Shown: positions 60,670 through 64,000 of the stretch, piece after piece
How positions within the stretch are numbered: position 1 is the stretch's first letter
Layout of the letters: each line of letters opens with the position of its first letter
NCBI RefSeq assembly: GCF_009914755.1
Contig: NC_060933.1
DNA length: 64,000 bases
Direction: 5' to 3' (one strand)
Origin: the human T2T-CHM13v2.0 reference genome, Homo sapiens
Program-made: the position numbers and the translations under genes
The notes under the pieces: generated by a model
Databases searched by the model: none
What the model was told of the DNA's origin: nothing
Seen by the model: only the letters and a program-made list of their open reading frames with translations

Positions 60670-63600
60670 TATTATTCATTGGTGAATATAAGTGAAGGGT
60701 ATGTAGATGCTCATTGTGAACTTAAACTTTTCTGTGGCCTTGAAAATATTACCAAATAAAGGGGGAATAAATGCTAAATAATTGGAGCAGATAAGGCAGT
60801 TTGCCTTAAATTAACTTTAACTCTTTGATTTATCCTTCACTCTAGTGAAATATTTACCGCCAAATTTATTTTAAGTTAATTAAGATGTTACGTTAGACAG
60901 GGATTCTTAACTTGGGTATATGAATACTTAGAGAATTTGTGGAAAGACTTTATGAGTCTTTTGATACATGCCAAGTGTTTTTATCTATGTATTTTTCTGC
61001 ATAGAGGATCCATTATAGCTTTCACCATATTTTCTAAGGGGTCCATCCTTCAAATAGTTAAGAACTGCTGCCCTAGAATAGATTTACAGTTTATAATGTA
61101 TTCTTTATTCCTAGTGTCACAATACTAGTTAAATTCACTTTCCAAATGATTCACATATAAATTTGATGTTTGTGAATGTAATTCCCAGTTTAGGCAAAAC
61201 AATGAACCTTCAGCAGATTACAACTTATAAAAAGATTTGCTTATATCAATTGATAGTTTAATGTAAGTTTATTTGACCACAGAGATTCTGTTACTTAGAA
61301 ACACACCAGGACATTTTAATAACATGATGTATTCCTTTTCTTTTCCAAACTAATATGTATTTAGTGTAATCACATGTTATTTTTAATACAGTCCTGCTTT
61401 CCCTTGTGTGGATTCACATTCTTCACATTTTATACAAAGGAAAAAATATGCTAGACTAAGTTTTGATTTTATCCATTTTCATACAGAAAAGGGAACATAA
61501 CTTCACAGAAGAAATGGTCATGCCTTTATGATTTAGTTGTATCACCACTAAAGTTTACTTACTGAGTTTAGAACATTTATTCCTTTACAAATAACAGTAT
61601 GTGACAGACTGAAATCCAGCCGGGCTTACAGTCTCGAATGCTCCTGTTCACCTTGTAGACATGTCATAAGCTGAAGCCTTATTTAAGACATGTAGAATCA
61701 AACATGGACTAATTCAGGATTACACAGTTTACAGTAGATTTTCCTCTGAAAACCTTTTACAAATGCCTCTGATTCTGTTGGACTAGTTTCAATTGAGCTG
61801 ATGGTCGTAGGGCCAGAAATGAATAGGAAAGGAACAAACTTGCTAGGGAAGCCTCTGCCCAAAGTTTGCTATGTGGGCTACAGATGGAAAGGCCTGGGTT
61901 TGCCAGTGCAGACTGTCTTGCTATACTGTTGGTGACTCATTCAGCGGTTATTTCTAAGGGAAGAATTCATTTATAGGACAGGCTCATTGATCAGATACTT
62001 CTCTAGTTTGGCTGACTGTTTTAAATACAATTTTCCCCCTTTTTAGGTATTATAAGTAATCACAGTGAATCACACAGATCAAACTTAATTGTCTTTCCTA
62101 TGGTCAGGATTTTTTTTTTTAATCTTATGATGAGATGTCATTTACACTCTTTGAGTTCCAGTTTCCTCACCCACTTGGCTCCCTCAGCCTGGAGATCCTG
62201 CTCAGATGTTCGTGTATACCATGGTTCACTCTGTTCCGTGCCATGGACATGATCATACAGTAACACAGAAGAAAGGCAGTCAAACTCAGGTTTTGTTGTT
62301 AATTTCCCACCTACTCCTCAGGAGAGCCACGCTGTTGCCAAGGCTGCAGGGTCCCCGCTGGACCCCCACTGGCCCACAGAGTCCAAGGGGTTTACTTCTG
62401 GCCCTTTACAGAGCATGTGTGCAGAGCCCTGTCTTAGTGTATTAGACCCACTCCTTTTTCCACTATATTCAATACCAATCTAAGAAATCAGTTATTTTAA
62501 ATAATTAATATTCACCACACTCAGAGGCCTGGAAGCCTTGAGCGAGTTAAGTAACTTCCTGCTCACCAGTTTCCTGTAGTCTGTCCCTGGAAACATTGAC
62601 ACTCACCTTTATTATGTCTACCCTGTGCCCAGCACCTCCACAGGATATCAACTTGTTTAGTCTTCCCATCAGCCCTGGGAGGCAGATGTTGTTTCCTGAT
62701 TTTGTGCACGAAGAAACTAGAACTCTAAGTAACTTGGCCAGGTCCATGGCTAGTACTGATTCTAGTTGAGAGCCAAGATACTCATTATTGTTTTTTTAAC
62801 TACAAGAGATGAATCTCCATGTTTCACAGACTTTGGGGGCTTAAGGCCTGTAATGGTCATTTGGTGTTAAGTTAGAGCTGGGCAGAAACTTCTTTTCATG
62901 GGTACTTTTAATATTTTTGAATTTTAAGTCTATCAAGGATCTGAATTTACGTTCAACCATGGATAGATAAATAGTTCAGTCATCTGTCAGTCTGTAAATG
63001 TTTCTGCCATGAGGACATTTTCTATCCTTTTTCTAAATAAGGGAAAGAGGTGGAATCAATATCATAAAGGGTTTTACTCCGCCCTTTGGAAGTTTCACTT
63101 CAACAGCAGAATTTGAGTATTTCATTCTTTTAAGTCAGCATCTTAGGAACATAGTAATTTATGGTATGTTTAAATGATGGCTTTGGAAGGCATAGTCAGT
63201 GTTGCTATTATGCAGAGCAATCAGATTGATTACTAAGTATTACCAGTTGTCAAAGCATAACTTAATTGTTTAAAAAATTTACTTAGCTTTCTGAGGTCCT
63301 TGTCAGAAATGTTAATAACATAAATGATTCCCTTTTACTTTTGTGACCCTGTATAAATCTTTTTCTGCTCAGTTTCTAAGTTTTTCTGTGAAAATCCTTA
63401 AATTTTGCAGGTTCCTTTCTTTTTTATTTAGGAGTAATGTCAACTTTGGATAATATCAACTCTTTGGGTAATATAACTCATAAGCTGAACCAGTTTTGAC
63501 TGGGAGATAAAGGAGATGGAACTCTTTATTCAAGAGACGTTTTAGCACCTACTTTGCACAAATTCAGGGGTTTAAGAAATGAGTTGTCTCTGTTAAGTTT

Positions 63601-64000
63601 TACAGTCTTTTTGGAGAAACAAGCTATACCGCTCAACCCAGCTACTGTACAGCACCCATATACACAAAAAAGTAATCAATACCTAACTAATAATTCCAGA
63701 TAATCATTATGTAGGACCTAACTAATAACACTAAAGAGATAATCACTACAGACCTACCTAATAATACCAGATCTGTCCTGGGTAGCGGCACAGGCACTGA
63801 ATAGCGGGGGTTTTGTGGGGCTGGGGGTCCTGAGGAGCTAGGCTTTTAGGTGCAGTTCATCCTGTGCTTGGAAGCTGGCTCTGTAAGGTGAAAGGCTCAA
63901 GTCAGATGGACACTGCAGTGAACTTGGCTTCTGTGTCCCTCCCTTGAAGTTGAGGATCGGAGCCCATCAGAGATTGGCTCAACTGCCCTTCTCTTGTAGG

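Overview
Human (primate) genomic DNA containing the complete asporin gene (ASPN/PLAP-1, class I small leucine-rich proteoglycan) on the minus strand, about 28.7-55.0 kb. There is one non-coding exon and seven coding exons, all with GT-AG boundaries. Spliced by hand, the CDS is 271+113+214+111+94+139+198 = 1140 nt, or 379 aa, and carries the D13 allele of the aspartate repeat. From established knowledge (not visible here) the window lies at 9q22 inside a large CENPP intron, between OMD and ECM2. The rest is repeat-rich: about 38 Alus, a 3.65-kb L1PA3-like element with a twin-priming 5' inversion, old L1M fragments, ERV1/MaLR solo LTRs and MER/Tigger DNA transposons. Nearly all non-ASPN ORFs in the track are Alu/L1-derived or chance. 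I found no evidence for a new biological system. The best leads are regulatory: miRNA sites split by alternative poly(A) signals, uORFs, frame-predicted splice isoforms, a Smad/CRE-like palindrome at the ASPN 5' end, a four-Alu fold-back beside exon 3, and an unexplained CArG/CCAAT/TATA cassette near 5.05 kb. Repeat subfamily names and many repeat boundaries are by eye and approximate.
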